A stretch of 64,000 nucleotides of DNA. Origin: an uncultured Thermoplasmatales archaeon (GTDB lineage Archaea; Thermoplasmatota; SW-10-69-26). Below the pieces are notes generated by a model. That model made no database searches and was not told where the DNA came from. It worked only from the letters and a program-made list of their open reading frames with translations. Made by a program: the position numbers and the translations under genes. Positions within the stretch are counted from its first letter, which is position 1; each line of letters begins with the position of its first letter. The DNA is taken from contig CAZOQA010000001.1 of assembly GCA_964581775.1 (NCBI GenBank), forward strand, positions 38,646 to 102,645, written 5' to 3'. Shown piece by piece: positions 18,003 to 27,433 of the stretch.

Positions 18003-18872
18003 ATGCCGCGAGGAGATGCCCCGCTCGTCCGACGATGGTTCGAAAGCCTCAACCCAGAAGCCTCCGACGAGCGGATGGCCCTTGCGTTCGCCACGCTCAT
18101 GGGAGGAGCCGTGCTCGCGATCGCGGGCGTCGTGCTCGTTACGCTGAGCGATATCGCGCTCGCCCGGCCGTCCTGGCTGCGCGGGCTCGGGTTTGGATCC
18201 GCCGCCGCCGGGCTCCCGATCTTCCTGACGGGGATCGTGCTCGGGATGCCCTCGAAGTGGTGGGAGCGCGCGCTCGTCGCGTTCGGGTTCGCGTCCACGA
18301 TGATCGCAGTGGGCATCTTCGCCTACTTGTACCCTGACCAATGGCACGTGACCGTTCACACGCCCAACGGGTACGCCATCGGTCTGTACCTGATGGGGGT
18401 CACGAGCATCAGCGCAGGCACGGCCGGGTGTCTTGGTACGTACCTGACCGAGAAGATGCAGGTCGCCGCCCAGCAAGCCGACCAGCGGCGCAAGCGCTCC
18501 TACTCCGACGAGGAGATTCGAAGCGACATCCGCTGGGCCGAGGAGCAAGGCTGGACGTGGGGAGGCGTCCGCGAGGACAAGGTCGACGTGGAGCTCAAGC
18601 TCAAAGAAGACATCGAGCCCCTCGAGATCCAGGGCAACTTCGGCACCAAGATGCTCGAGGAGCACGAGACGCAGGAGGAAGCCGTGCAAGCGGCGCACTC
18701 GCTGACGAACCTGCGCGGCGTGCAACCCACGCGCACCGACAGCGACGATCTGGCCTCCCAGGTCGGTGACCTGAAAGCCCTCCGCGAGAAGAAGCGCCGC
18801 CAGCAGGAGCTCCAGCGACAAACCTGGGGCTGGCGCCTGCGGCATCCCATCCAGTGGCTGCGCGGCGACTAG
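18003..18872 (+). CDS. membrane protein (about four N-terminal TM helices plus charged cytoplasmic domain), divergent from the actin-like gene
   Basis: Hydrophobic helices (ALAFATLMGGAVLAIAGVVLV, GLGFGSAAAGLPIFLTGIVLG, LVAFGFASTMIAVGIFAYL, AIGLYLMGVTSISAG) followed by a K/E/R-rich domain. Start chosen at M 18003. The six-frame ORF begins at 17934. Confidence 0.45.
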   Translation: MPRGDAPLVRRWFESLNPEASDERMALAFATLMGGAVLAIAGVVLVTLSDIALARPSWLRGLGFGSAAAGLPIFLTGIVLGMPSKWWERALVAFGFASTMIAVGIFAYLYPDQWHVTVHTPNGYAIGLYLMGVTSISAGTAGCLGTYLTEKMQVAAQQADQRRKRSYSDEEIRSDIRWAEEQGWTWGGVREDKVDVELKLKEDIEPLEIQGNFGTKMLEEHETQEEAVQAAHSLTNLRGVQPTRTDSDDLASQVGDLKALREKKRRQQELQRQTWGWRLRHPIQWLRGD

Positions 18873-20569
18873 CGCCTTCCCCGGGTCCCGATGGCAGCGA
18901 AGAGACCCGCAAGCAGCGCGAGGACCAGGCTGGGCGATGACGCCTGTGCGGACGGCTCGCTACCATTCTCGCCCTGGGCTAGCAGGCCAAGCTCGTCTCG
19001 TGTCTCGGCGGGAAGATCCTCGACATCCAGCACGTCCACGAGGGCCTTGGCATCCTCCCGCTCGTCCAGGTTCTCCACCAAGTACGAGCGGGCCGGGTCG
19101 TCCAGGGGGTCCTCGAAGTCCGTGTACGGGACCTCGTCGGCTTGCACGAACGCCTCCCGCATGCCCTCCGTGGCTTTGGCCATCTCCACGGCAGCGTGCG
19201 CGTCCGCCAAGCCGATGCCAGCCTCCCAGTACGCGTAGTCCATCGGTTGCGCCGTCTCCACCAGGATGTCGTAGACCTGCGGCGGACTAAGCTCGGGGTT
19301 CCCATCGTACATGAGCGCGATCACACCGGCCACGCCGGGCGTGCTCATGCTGGTCCCGCTCGCGTACTGGTAGTGCGTGGCCGAGCCCACCGCGTCCACG
19401 TCGCCAGGGTCCTCAGGCCCGTACTGGGGGCCCAAGGCTTGCATCACGCCGTGGTTGCTCTTCGCGGCCATGACGCTTTCACCCTGTGCCGCGATCGTGG
19501 GATGGTCCCAGTAGGTCTCGTTCGTCTCCGGCGGCGAGCCTTGGCTTGAGAAGCTCGCGATGTTGGCCTCGCTGTCGGTGGCCGCGACGGCCACGGTCCA
19601 GGGAAGCACGGCGAGCGGGTTGATGCGGAAATCGTAGGTGCGCTCCTCGTCGGGAGGGCCGTCGTTGCCTGCAGCGAACACGACGCTGATGCCGGCTTTG
19701 TACGTTTCGAGCGTAGCGACGCTGATCGGGTGCTCGGGATCGGGCGTCGTCCCGATGCTCCAGCTGTTCGTGACCACGTCGATGCCGAGCTCGTCCTGCT
19801 TCTCGATCGCGTAGTCGAAGCCTTGCGCGACCTGGAAGGAAAGCGGGTAGGCTCCAAGCGACCATCCGACGATGTTCGTCTCTGGCGCCATCCCGACGTA
19901 CTCTCCGTGGCTTGGGTCTTGCTCGCCGAGGCCTTGACCTGTGCCGGCCACGATGCCGGCCACATGCGTGCCGTGCCCGAACTGGTCGTTGCCTGGCACT
20001 CCCTCCACGTAGTCCCCGGTGGGGACATCCTCGTGGGCGGGGTTGGCGGGTTGCGCGTTCTCGATGACGCGGTCCTGGAGGTCAGGGTGTGTCGCGTCGA
20101 TGCCCGTGTCGATGACGAGCACAGTCGCGTCCGATCCGCGCGTGTCGTGCTCGTTCCAGGCCTTGGGCGCGTTCACGAGCGGGGCCGCCTCGTTCAACTC
20201 GTACTGGATCTCTTCGTTCGGGTACAGGCTCTGGACCCCGTCGAGCGTCGTAAGGCGTTGCACGTCGGTTCGGTCGGCCATCACGTGGCTTATGCCCACG
20301 TTGTGCAGCGTGGCCGGCTCGAAGCCGTGCGCGGCTAGCACCGAGTCGACCCTGTGCGGGTCGGCCTCTCGGTCGTGGACGACGATCACGGGTTCGGGCT
20401 CGTCGCCGATGGCTTCGATGTCCTCGTGAACCCTGACCTCATCGCTCCCGGCCGCGGAGGCAAGGGGCGCGACGAGGAGGGCGAACGCCAGCACCAGGCA
20501 GAAGGGAAGGGACCGCGTCTTCGGCATCAGCTCCGCCTGACCGAGCGTGCGTATGAACGTTATGTCCAC
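18869..20569 (-). CDS. secreted subtilisin-like serine protease (halolysin-type, S8)
   Basis: Catalytic triad motifs DTGIDATHPDL, HGTHVAGIVAG and GTSMSTPGVAGVIALM. Signal peptide (start possibly M15 at 20527). C-terminal tail ...SSPSLVLALLAGLFAAIGTRGRR. Confidence 0.85.
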   Translation of the reverse strand: MDITFIRTLGQAELMPKTRSLPFCLVLAFALLVAPLASAAGSDEVRVHEDIEAIGDEPEPVIVVHDREADPHRVDSVLAAHGFEPATLHNVGISHVMADRTDVQRLTTLDGVQSLYPNEEIQYELNEAAPLVNAPKAWNEHDTRGSDATVLVIDTGIDATHPDLQDRVIENAQPANPAHEDVPTGDYVEGVPGNDQFGHGTHVAGIVAGTGQGLGEQDPSHGEYVGMAPETNIVGWSLGAYPLSFQVAQGFDYAIEKQDELGIDVVTNSWSIGTTPDPEHPISVATLETYKAGISVVFAAGNDGPPDEERTYDFRINPLAVLPWTVAVAATDSEANIASFSSQGSPPETNETYWDHPTIAAQGESVMAAKSNHGVMQALGPQYGPEDPGDVDAVGSATHYQYASGTSMSTPGVAGVIALMYDGNPELSPPQVYDILVETAQPMDYAYWEAGIGLADAHAAVEMAKATEGMREAFVQADEVPYTDFEDPLDDPARSYLVENLDEREDAKALVDVLDVEDLPAETRDELGLLAQGENGSEPSAQASSPSLVLALLAGLFAAIGTRGRR

Positions 20570-20648
20570 GGCGTTGAAACGCGCCGGGGGAGTTTCAACG
20601 ACGTGACCAACACGCTTAGGAGTCCCCGACGAGCCTCATCCCGGCGTC

Positions 20649-21200
20649 ATGGCCACGAGACGTCGTTGGTTTTTGCTTATCGCGCTGGGAAGCCTCATCG
20701 TACTTGCCGGGTGCGTGGGCCTCGGTGACGAGGCCGAGGACTCGCTGGAGACGGCCAGCCAAGAGGAGAGCCCGGAAGAGAGCGAGGTGGAAGCGTGGGC
20801 GGCGAGCGACGAAGCGGAGATGGGGACCCTGGCGGGCGCCAGCTCGGAGGCTGGATGGGTATGGGTGCCCGGCCCGGATCATTGTCACAGGCTCGCGGTC
20901 GAGATCCTGCCGGGCGCTGGGACCGACTCGTTCGCGCTCGACGTGCAGCCCGAACCGGTGGGCAACACCGCCGCTGGTATGTACGCCTCGGTGGCGCTGA
21001 GCAACCCTGACGGTGAGGTCGTGGACGAGCAATCCTGGCCCGACGATGACCTCGTGTTCGAGGTCCAGGACCCGATGGCGGGTCCCTGGATCCTTGAGAT
21101 CCCCCAAGGCGCGGGCGTGGACGCCGCGTGGCCGGTGGATGGGGCGGCAAGCGGGGAAGGCCAGCGTGCACTGGATGCGTTCCTGTTCCAGGACTGTTAG
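20649..21200 (+). CDS. Tat lipoprotein, hypothetical (beta-sandwich-like)
   Basis: MATRRRWFLLIALGSLIVLAGC is a twin-Arg signal plus lipobox, followed by an acidic linker. No catalytic motif recognised. Confidence 0.5.
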   Translation: MATRRRWFLLIALGSLIVLAGCVGLGDEAEDSLETASQEESPEESEVEAWAASDEAEMGTLAGASSEAGWVWVPGPDHCHRLAVEILPGAGTDSFALDVQPEPVGNTAAGMYASVALSNPDGEVVDEQSWPDDDLVFEVQDPMAGPWILEIPQGAGVDAAWPVDGAASGEGQRALDAFLFQDC

Positions 21201-21260
21201 CCTCTCCCAAGAAGCATCCGACAGGGTTTTCTACGGGCGTCCGGTACGGGCGGGGTGCTT

Positions 21261-21335
<75 letters not shown>

Positions 21336-21556
21336 TGACGGTTCTCTGGAGGACGCCCCGAGGGATCCCCCTCGTTTGTCTCCATCGAACATTTAGTCCC
21401 TGGAATCGGGCGGCGGCCGGCTGTATAGGGGACCCATATATAGGGGGAGAGCTAGGGGGTCGGTGTTCTACTTCTCGATGCCTGCCGTGCCCGGTGGGGT
21501 TTGAACATGCTCGCGTCGAGCAAGGACCACGTAAGAGGGTGCGTCCCGGTGGACGC

Positions 21557-22099
21557 ATGAGCGAGGCCACGTTCTTCTTCGGCGGCTGGGAGCCGATCGT
21601 GCGCATCCTCGTTGTGGGCACGCTGTTGTACGCGGGGCTTTTGGTGTTGGTTCGCCCGACGGGCGTGCGCACGCTTTCGCGGATGAACGCGTTCGATCTC
21701 GTCATCACCATCGCGCTGGGCGCTGCGTTCGGTCGCGCCCTCACGGCGAGCGGGGTGGCCCTTGCCGAGGCGCTCGTGGCCTTGGCGTTGTTGATCATGT
21801 TGCAGTACGCCGTCTCGTGGGCGCAAAGCCGATGGGCGGGTGTGCGGGGGCTGGTTCGTAGCCCCCCGATGCTCTTGTTCTTCCAGGGGGAGGTTCTGAG
21901 GGATGAGTTGCGTCGCCAGCGGGTCACGGAGTCGGAATTGTTGGAGGCCGTGCGGGAGGAGACGTACGGTTCGCTGGACGACGTGGATGCAATCGTCTTG
22001 GAGTCCGATGGCGAGTTCTCCGTGATCGAGAGGGTCGACGAGGGGGATGCCTTCGAGGCATCCCTCAAGGAGCCCTTGAGGCCCGGGTCGGCGGCGTGA
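21557..22099 (+). CDS. DUF421 (YetF-like) membrane protein
   Basis: Two N-terminal TM helices and NAFDLVITIALGA motif, then a soluble C-terminal domain, as in DUF421/YetF proteins. ATG at 21557 chosen within the longer six-frame ORF. Confidence 0.55.
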   Translation: MSEATFFFGGWEPIVRILVVGTLLYAGLLVLVRPTGVRTLSRMNAFDLVITIALGAAFGRALTASGVALAEALVALALLIMLQYAVSWAQSRWAGVRGLVRSPPMLLFFQGEVLRDELRRQRVTESELLEAVREETYGSLDDVDAIVLESDGEFSVIERVDEGDAFEASLKEPLRPGSAA

Positions 22100-22153
22100 A
22101 CCGTCAAAGATCCCAGCCAGAACGTTCAAGCTGGGGTCCTGGGGTCACGGGTC

Positions 22154-23068
22154 ATGATACGTTGGATCGGGTGGGGGCTTCTCGTGGCGTGCATCATCGT
22201 CGTGGCGGGCCCTGCGGGCGCGCAGCTCTCGGGGGAGGACCCGGGAAGGATCCACGTGGAGGATGTGCGCATCGAGGATCCGGTCGAGCCGTTGGGCGAA
22301 CCGGCGAAGGCTCTCGCCCAGGTGATCATCCCTTGCGAGGCGGGCGAGGATTCCACCGCGTGGACGAAGGCTCGGTTCACGACGCCCGCGTACACGCGAG
22401 CAAGCGCACCAAGCATCACGAACGAGACATCCCAAACATGCCAAGGGGAGACCGCGGTCGTGCACCTTCCCATCGAGGTCGGGTTCGAGAAGACCGCACC
22501 CGCCTTCGATCCCGTCACCGCGAGTCTGCACGTGACGGTGCAAAAGAACCACACGGACGGGGAGACGACCCGGTTCGATCCCGCCAAGGCAAGCCTGAGC
22601 GCGACGCCCGGATATTTCAGCCTCTTCAACGCGCAAATGAGCGACAAGACGATCCAGGCGGGCCCCCAGGAAGCAGCCCGCTACGACATCCTCATCGAGA
22701 ACTACAGCAACGGGCTGACCCGGTTCGAGTTCGAGTTCGCCCACGAGGAAGGCATCCCCCAGGGCTTCAACCCGATCCTCCCGGAGCCTTTGCTGCTCCC
22801 GGGCGCGACCTCGGAGGACGAACCCACGACGGAGACGGTCACGTTCGTCGTGTACACGCCCTTCTACAACGGGTACGTCAACGAGAACGCGGCGATCACC
22901 TTCCAGATCGACACGGCGTTCGCAGAGGACCAAGCCTTCACCGGCGAGAACGCAACGCTCACCACGCTCACGAACGTGCAAGGGCTCCACGTGCCCACCC
23001 CGGCCTCCCTGACGCTCTTGGCCCTCGCCGCAGCGAGCGCCGCGGGGACGCTCGCGAGGAGACCCTGA
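22154..23068 (+). CDS. secreted cell-surface protein with C-terminal anchor/sorting tail
   Basis: Signal peptide (MIRWIGWGLLVACIIVVAGPAGA). Several N-x-S/T sequons. C-terminal ...TPASLTLLALAAASAAGTLARRP. Confidence 0.5.
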   Translation: MIRWIGWGLLVACIIVVAGPAGAQLSGEDPGRIHVEDVRIEDPVEPLGEPAKALAQVIIPCEAGEDSTAWTKARFTTPAYTRASAPSITNETSQTCQGETAVVHLPIEVGFEKTAPAFDPVTASLHVTVQKNHTDGETTRFDPAKASLSATPGYFSLFNAQMSDKTIQAGPQEAARYDILIENYSNGLTRFEFEFAHEEGIPQGFNPILPEPLLLPGATSEDEPTTETVTFVVYTPFYNGYVNENAAITFQIDTAFAEDQAFTGENATLTTLTNVQGLHVPTPASLTLLALAAASAAGTLARRP

Positions 23069-23150
23069 ACGGGAACGGCCTATGACATGTCGGTGAAGGA
23101 GAGGGCCCAAGAAAGCCCCGGTCCATGACTCTAGGCACGCTCTTGCACGC

Positions 23151-23876
23151 TTGGAGGATCCTCTCCTGTCGCTCGCGACCGTCCTTCTGTTCTCGGGCAT
23201 CGCCGGCATCGCGATCCCCATCGGTGCAGGGATCGCGTACCTCGAAGAGGACGAGGTCCAAGAGGAGCCTCGGAACCTCCATGGGGCGGTCATCGCGTTC
23301 GGCGGAGGCATCCTCCTTGGAGCGATCACGTTCGAGCTGGTGCCCATCGGGGAGCGGGCCCTATCGGTGCCATGGGTCGTCGGGGCCGTGGCGGCGGGCA
23401 CGGTCGTGATCATGCTCCTCGATGAGGTCATCAAGGCGTACGGAGGCTCCAAAGCTCAGATGCTGGCCATGATGATCGATTTCCTCCCCGAGGCCCTCGC
23501 TTTTGGGGCCCTATTCGGGGGTGAGACGATCGAGGGGCGGGCGTTCGCCGTGTTGATCGCCCTCCAGAACCTTCCGGAGGCGTACGGTAGCTTCCAGGAG
23601 ATGAAGACCTCTTCCGAGATGTCGAACAACGGCATCCTGGCCCGCCTGGCTCCACTAGGCATCCTTGCGCCGGCCGCAGCGGTCCTGGGCTTCTTCTCGC
23701 TGGGGGGGAACGAGGCGGTCGTAGGAACCATCACCTTGTTCGCGGCGGGAGGCATCCTGTACCTCGTGTTCCAAGACATCGCGCCGGACGCGTTCGCGGA
23801 AGGGCACTGGCTGGCCACCTCGACCGTCACGGCCGGGTTCCTGGTCGCGTTCGTGCTGACGAACTTGTTCAGCTGA
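23151..23876 (+). CDS. zupT: ZIP family metal (zinc) transporter
   Basis: Multi-TM protein with ZIP signature region LIALQNLPEAYGSF (HNxPEG-like) and Gly-rich helices, about 240 aa like ZupT. Confidence 0.7.
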   Translation: MEDPLLSLATVLLFSGIAGIAIPIGAGIAYLEEDEVQEEPRNLHGAVIAFGGGILLGAITFELVPIGERALSVPWVVGAVAAGTVVIMLLDEVIKAYGGSKAQMLAMMIDFLPEALAFGALFGGETIEGRAFAVLIALQNLPEAYGSFQEMKTSSEMSNNGILARLAPLGILAPAAAVLGFFSLGGNEAVVGTITLFAAGGILYLVFQDIAPDAFAEGHWLATSTVTAGFLVAFVLTNLFS

Positions 23877-24201
23877 CGCTCCACTGGCGGGCATCTACAC
23901 GGGTCGGTCACCGGTCCTCATCCTCGTGGCGTGGGTTGCGCCACCAGAGGGTTCCGTAGGAGGGACGAAGGGAGCTTTTCTTGCGCCGCGTGCGGATGCG
24001 GTCGATCCATGCGCGGGGCGGGGTGCCCTCGCTGCGTTGCGCGTCTTCGTCCCGCTCGTCTTGACCCCTTCTTGCCATGATACTACGTGGCAAGCTCTCG
24101 GGTTAAAGGGTTACGCTCCCCGAACCCGTTCGTCCTCCGGATACGAAGGCTCTTTCAATCCGGGCCGGCTGCCTCGTGGACGCGACCGAGGCCCCACCAC
24201 C

Positions 24202-24837
24202 ATGGAGCTGGTCACCTTCGATCTCAACGGGACGCTCCTGCAAGGAAGCATCTTCCGCTACACCGCACGACGCCTCGACAACGGCCACCACGTGGAGGAG
24301 ACCACGCGTCTACACAAGGACGGGCAGATCACGAAGGAGCAGGCGTATCGCCGCAACCATGCCCTCTTCGAAGGGGAAGACCGAGACCAAATCGACGAGA
24401 CCCTCTCCAAGGCCCCCTGGATCGACGCGATCCCCGAGGTCGTCGACGAGCTCCACGACCGTGGCCTCAAGGTCTGGCTCGTCACGGACCAACCCGACTG
24501 GGCCACCCGGCCGCTTCACGAGTGGGGTCTTTCCGAGGGGGTCTTCACGCGCACCCGCATAGACGGGCCCACCATCGGGGGCATCGAGGAGCTCGTGCTG
24601 GCGAAGTGGCCCGCCCTCAAGGCCCGCCTGGAGGCCAAGGGCATCGAGCCCTCGACGGTGTGCCACGTCGGCGACTGGGAGAACGACGTGCCTGTCTTCG
24701 AGAACGTGGGGGCCGGCATCGGCCTCAACCCGGCCGTGCGCGAAGTCGAGGAGGCTGCGGACACGGTCGTGCGCGCCGATTCGCTCGACCGCGTGCTGGC
24801 CGAGATCGATCGGTTCCGGGCCGCGGAGGAAAGTTGA
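24202..24837 (+). CDS. HAD-superfamily hydrolase (phosphoserine phosphatase-like)
   Basis: LVTFDLNGTL (motif I variant DxN), motif II/III (VWLVTDQP..., K...GDWENDV). ATG at 24202 chosen; the upstream part of the six-frame ORF looks non-coding. Confidence 0.55.
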   Translation: MELVTFDLNGTLLQGSIFRYTARRLDNGHHVEETTRLHKDGQITKEQAYRRNHALFEGEDRDQIDETLSKAPWIDAIPEVVDELHDRGLKVWLVTDQPDWATRPLHEWGLSEGVFTRTRIDGPTIGGIEELVLAKWPALKARLEAKGIEPSTVCHVGDWENDVPVFENVGAGIGLNPAVREVEEAADTVVRADSLDRVLAEIDRFRAAEES

Positions 24838-25135
24838 AACTTTCCAAAGAAAAAACAGCTTTCGCCAGAAAGCCATAACTCCTCTAACAAGGGAATACCT
24901 GATCGAACAAGAACCTGTAGCTTGAGCCGAGGAACAACCTTTCACTTAATACTTTCCTTAGGGTGGACGGGTTCTTCCTTCATGTAGGCAGCGCCGGTGT
25001 CGGGGCGCGGAGCGAGAGACGTTGCATCCAACACCACCGCGCCACGGGAGACCCCCCCAAGGGCTCTCCCACCTGGCATCCAACGCTCTGCGAACCAGAA
25101 CACCACACCGAAGCAGGCACGCGGGGGCCCCCGCG

Positions 25136-26374
25136 ATGACGCTCAAAGGCCCCCTCGCCCTGATCCTCAGCGCGCTCATGCTGACCGTCGCCGGGACCAG
25201 CGGGCTGGCCTCGGCAGGCCACCAGGACGACGCCATGCGGTTCGGCATGTACGAAGGCGCCCTCGAGGCCCAGGACGACGCGGGGGTACCCCCCGACTAC
25301 GCCTCCTTCTGGATCGGACCCTGGACGCTTGAACACGGCTGGAACGGCCCCGCCCAAGCCATGGAGGACATCCACGACGCCGGCGCCACGCCCGCCGTGC
25401 ACCTCTACTACTGGGGCGACGACATCAGCCCCCGATGCGTAGAGAACGGATGCAGCAGCGACCTCCACGGACTCGACAAGACCCCGCACGGCTGGCAACA
25501 GCTCGTCGACGAGTTCGTCGACGTCCTCGACGAACGCATGGACGGCGAACCCGTCGTCGTGTTCCTCGAGACCGAGTTCAACAAGAACGGCATCGAGACG
25601 CACGAACCCTTCGACGACGAGCTCGCCGAGAAGATCTCCTACATCCAAGACGAGTACCCCGCCGCGGAAGTCGTGCTCCCCTTCGGCAACTGGGGCCACG
25701 GCGCCTGGGGGACCTTCGACGAAGCCGCCGACGCCGCCGACTACATCGGCGTCCAAGGCATGGCCGCGTCCACGCAGGACGGCCACGACACGTACCGAAG
25801 CCTGTACGAGGACGTGCTCGAAGGCGCCGAAACCGCGAACGACCTGTTCGACCAGGACGTGTTCGTCACGGACGTCGCGCTATCCAGCTTCCCCGAACCC
25901 GCCTACCGCGCGCACCAAGCCCACGAGCTTGGCGAGTTCTTCGATGGAACAGACGAGCTCAAAGACGCAGGCGTGCACGCGATGATCTACCGCTCCTGGA
26001 CCGACACCCCCGGCATGGATCCGAACAACTACTACGGGGAAGCCGAGCGGTACTGGGGCCTGATCGACAAGGACGGCGACGCCAAACCCGCCGGCGAGGT
26101 CTGGATCAACGGCGTCCAGGACGAACGGACCCTGACCGCTGACTTCGAGACAGGCCAATGGGCTGGCCACTGGTGGGTGGAGGTCACCGTCGACGCCACC
26201 ACGCCCGTCGACGAGGTCCAAGTCAAGATCGACGGGGACGACTGGGAGACCCTCGAACCCACCGACTGGGGCACCCACGCCAAAAGCCTCCCCGCCCCCG
26301 ACGGCTCCACCGTGCAATACCGCGTCGTCGACGCCTACGGGCAAACCACTACCTCCACGACTGAAACGTGGTAG
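25136..26374 (+). CDS. secreted TIM-barrel glycoside-hydrolase-like protein with C-terminal beta-sandwich (CBM-like) domain
   Basis: Signal peptide (MTLKGPLALILSALMLTVAGTSG). VVFLETEFNKNG and FGNWGHGAWG resemble GH catalytic-strand motifs. C-terminal about 100 aa W/D-rich beta domain. The family is not resolved. Confidence 0.4.
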   Translation: MTLKGPLALILSALMLTVAGTSGLASAGHQDDAMRFGMYEGALEAQDDAGVPPDYASFWIGPWTLEHGWNGPAQAMEDIHDAGATPAVHLYYWGDDISPRCVENGCSSDLHGLDKTPHGWQQLVDEFVDVLDERMDGEPVVVFLETEFNKNGIETHEPFDDELAEKISYIQDEYPAAEVVLPFGNWGHGAWGTFDEAADAADYIGVQGMAASTQDGHDTYRSLYEDVLEGAETANDLFDQDVFVTDVALSSFPEPAYRAHQAHELGEFFDGTDELKDAGVHAMIYRSWTDTPGMDPNNYYGEAERYWGLIDKDGDAKPAGEVWINGVQDERTLTADFETGQWAGHWWVEVTVDATTPVDEVQVKIDGDDWETLEPTDWGTHAKSLPAPDGSTVQYRVVDAYGQTTTSTTETW

Positions 26375-26501
26375 GCTCCCCTCCCCACCCCGGTGTCTAA
26401 CGACGCCGGGGCACGGTCTTCTTTTCTCCACATCTCCCTTGGACGGCAGACCAAGAGAGCTTCCGGAACGCTTACGAACCTCATCCAGAGAGCCCTAACG
26501 G

Positions 26502-27356
26502 ATGGGGTACGCCCTGCGCTGCCTGGAAGCCGTAGGCCGCCTCTACTGGTCCAATGCAGGCTATCGAACCCCCGAGCAGCTCCGACGCTCCTCACGCACG
26601 GATCCTCAGCAAAGCGCCATCCACCTGCTCGAGACGGCCTACCAGGGACCAGGCACCGCGAGCCTCGTCGAGGTCACCCAAGACCTCCTCGGCGACGCCG
26701 ACCCACCGCTCGACGCCCACGCCACCTGGGAGGCCTTCCTCCGGCGCACCGAGCACGACGACGTCGACGCGCCCCGGCCCGAACGCAACCCCCTGCGCAA
26801 GCGAACCGACCAGGACACCTCCCTCATCGATCTCGTCCAGACCCACGGCAACCTCTTCGACTGGGCCCGACGCGCCGCCGAACTCGGAGACCCCCCGCTG
26901 AAAGTCCACGGGGAGATCACCAAGGTGCACGGCATCGGGCTCACGAGCGGCGCCCGCTTCACCCGCGACATCTGGACCGCCTTCGGGTCCGAGGTCCCCC
27001 CGGAGCAAGCTCCGTACGTGCACCCGATCGACCGCTGGACCGCGAAGGCAGCCGAGCACCTGCTGGACGGATCGCTGCCCGGTTCCAAGCAAGATACCGC
27101 GCGGGCCCTCCACGCCGAAGCCACCCACGCCCGAACCGACCCCCTGCTCGTCAACGCGGGGGTCTGGATGCTCGGCGAGCGGCTCGTCAAGGACGAACAT
27201 CAGTTCCTCGACTTGCTCGATGGTCAGGGCTGGGAGGCCTTGCTCCGGGAAGAGGCTCTCAAGGTCAAGGTCCTCGCCGACGAGCTCGGGCGGGCTGTTG
27301 ACGCGGCTACCCGGCACGACAACGAAGACCCCTCCCCCGCGGCGGCGACCGTCTAG
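26502..27356 (+). CDS. helix-hairpin-helix motif protein, possibly DNA glycosylase/lyase-like
   Basis: LKVHGEITKVHGIGLTSGARFTRDIW has an HhH (L-x-x-hGIG) signature. The rest is uncharacterised. The overlapping frame 26393..27301 is Arg-rich and likely artefactual. Confidence 0.3.
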   Translation: MGYALRCLEAVGRLYWSNAGYRTPEQLRRSSRTDPQQSAIHLLETAYQGPGTASLVEVTQDLLGDADPPLDAHATWEAFLRRTEHDDVDAPRPERNPLRKRTDQDTSLIDLVQTHGNLFDWARRAAELGDPPLKVHGEITKVHGIGLTSGARFTRDIWTAFGSEVPPEQAPYVHPIDRWTAKAAEHLLDGSLPGSKQDTARALHAEATHARTDPLLVNAGVWMLGERLVKDEHQFLDLLDGQGWEALLREEALKVKVLADELGRAVDAATRHDNEDPSPAAATV

Positions 27357-27433
27357 GCCACCGACCCGGAGGCCCCTAAGAGCCTTAAGAAGAAGGAGAC
27401 GGCGAGGGGTGTCCCTCGCCATCGCGTCCTGGC

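Noticed and set aside
23908-24093. 61-aa minus-strand basic ORF upstream of the HAD gene
   Set aside because: Short and lacks motif support. The region is more simply explained as the 5' UTR or promoter of the HAD hydrolase. Kept out of the feature list.
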